This document shows, piece by piece, positions 62,746 to 64,000 of a stretch of 64,000 nucleotides of DNA (the stretch's first letter is position 1; each line of letters starts with the position of its first letter). A model generated the notes under the pieces. That model worked only from the letters and a program-made list of their open reading frames with translations, did no database searches and was not told the origin of the DNA. The stretch is from an uncultured delta proteobacterium (GTDB taxonomy: Bacteria; Desulfobacterota; Desulfobacteria; Desulfobacterales; Desulfosalsimonadaceae), in the NCBI GenBank assembly GCA_963826785.1, contig CAWGYD010000010.1:64001-128000 (forward strand). Reading direction: 5' to 3'. Position numbers and translations under genes: made by a program.

Positions 62746-63585
62746 ATGCTCAAACACACCTTCTGCCATCTCACCCGCATCGGCGAAAAAACAGAAGACC
62801 GGCTGTGGTCTGCGGGCGTGGACTGCTGGGACCGCCTGGCCCAGGCCATGAATGACAATCACCCCGTGGGCGTATCGACCGGCTTTGCCCGGCACGAACT
62901 TGCGGCGTCATCGACGCATCTGGCCGCCAAAAATGCCGCCTGGTTTGCCCAGAAGCTTCCGTCTCACCAGGCCTGGCGGATGTTTCCGGACTTCAGGGAA
63001 GAGGCGGCTTACATCGACATCGAAACCACCGGCCTGACCATGCCCGACATCACCACCATCGCCCTCTATGATGGAAAGCAGATCAAGTGCTATGTCAATG
63101 GAGAGAACCTGGACCAGTTCAAGAAGGACATCTTTGATTACAAGATGATCATTACTTACAACGGCAAATGCTTCGATGTTCCCGTGATCGAATCTTTTTT
63201 CGGCATCCGGCTCACCCACGCCCACATCGATTTGCGCTATGTTCTGAAAAAGCTCGGCTATTCCGGTGGTTTAAAGAAATGCGAGCAAAAACTGGGCATC
63301 AGCCGCGGGGAATTAGACGGTGTGGACGGGTATTTCGCCGTCCTGCTGTGGCAGGAATACGTCGCCCATCAGGACCGCAAGGCGTTGGAAACCCTGATGG
63401 CCTACAACATCGAGGACGTGATCAACCTGGAGTCGCTGATGGTGAGTGCATACAACCTGAATATCAAAAACCTCAAATCCCTTTCCATCGCACCGATCAG
63501 TGACCCCTTGTCCCCCCTTCCCCCGGTCTATCCGGACCCCAAGACCATATACCGGATCAAGTCCCGGATCGCGGCAATGTATTAA
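62746..63585 (+). CDS. RNase H-like (DEDD, YprB-like) exonuclease domain protein
   Basis: IDIETTG, TYNGKCFD, IDL, YNIEDV. Confidence 0.85.
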   Translation: MLKHTFCHLTRIGEKTEDRLWSAGVDCWDRLAQAMNDNHPVGVSTGFARHELAASSTHLAAKNAAWFAQKLPSHQAWRMFPDFREEAAYIDIETTGLTMPDITTIALYDGKQIKCYVNGENLDQFKKDIFDYKMIITYNGKCFDVPVIESFFGIRLTHAHIDLRYVLKKLGYSGGLKKCEQKLGISRGELDGVDGYFAVLLWQEYVAHQDRKALETLMAYNIEDVINLESLMVSAYNLNIKNLKSLSIAPISDPLSPLPPVYPDPKTIYRIKSRIAAMY

Positions 63586-64000
63586 TTTCCACCCAGTTCG
63601 CCCTTGAACTCATCCATGGCCGCCCTGATGGGTATGGCAAATCCAAGCCCCTCAAACCCGCGCGTCAGTTCTTTCATGGTATTGATGCCGATCACCCTGC
63701 CCTCCTCGGTGATCAAGGGCCCGCCGCTGTTTCCCGGGTAAATTTTGGCATCCGTCTGGATATATCCGTCCCTGAAACCCGAGACGATGCCGCGGCTCAC
63801 GGAATCGGATAGATTCATGGGGCTTCCGATGGCGCATACCGCCTGTCCCTGGACCAGGTTTTGAGATCCCACAGATGCAATAGCCGGGGTAATATAGCCG
63901 TCCACCTTCAGAAGCGCCAGATCCTGGTCCTGGCTGGCGCGAATCAGATAGGCATCCAGCTCCGCCCCATCCTTTAAGGTCACTTTGACATTTCGGGTGA
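63582..64000 (-). CDS. Trypsin-like serine protease, C-terminal part (start beyond window)
   Basis: DLALLK, AIGSP, IQTDA, GNSGGPL, GLGFAIP. Confidence 0.88.
   Translation of the reverse strand, partial: TRNVKVTLKDGAELDAYLIRASQDQDLALLKVDGYITPAIASVGSQNLVQGQAVCAIGSPMNLSDSVSRGIVSGFRDGYIQTDAKIYPGNSGGPLITEEGRVIGINTMKELTRGFEGLGFAIPIRAAMDEFKGELGGN

Overview
Gene-dense, GC-rich bacterial chromosome segment. Gene content and protein styles suggest Desulfobacterota (Desulfobacterales-like); this is inference, not a database result. In order: end of a type II secretion pseudopilin cluster (gspG-H-I-J-K-L), a stand-alone PKS/PUFA-type acyltransferase, pyruvate carboxylase/birA/sirtuin/CoA-activase, a three-gene c-di-GMP module (tandem-PilZ fusion, SAM methyltransferase, membrane HD-GYP), purC-ParB-like-SplB-like operon, an MglA GTPase module lacking mglB, mdh, uvrB/uvrC, cysS/ispF, an FN3 + sorting-signal + beta-barrel fusion, a DUF2760/Hsp70/Hsp70 operon, comEA, an MshEN-PilT fusion next to a diguanylate cyclase, and a tightly coupled manA-queE-queC-glycosyltransferase-HAD-exonuclease operon. 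Two genes (CoA activase, uvrC) each carry a single extra base. I saw no rRNA, tRNA, CRISPR array, integrase or transposase. The most unusual items are the apparent two-product polyprotein at 40176-41876, the PilZ/methyltransferase/HD-GYP module, the MshEN-bearing PilT-type ATPase, the GrpE-like reading of DUF2760, and an unannotated 59-aa Cys-rich ORF.
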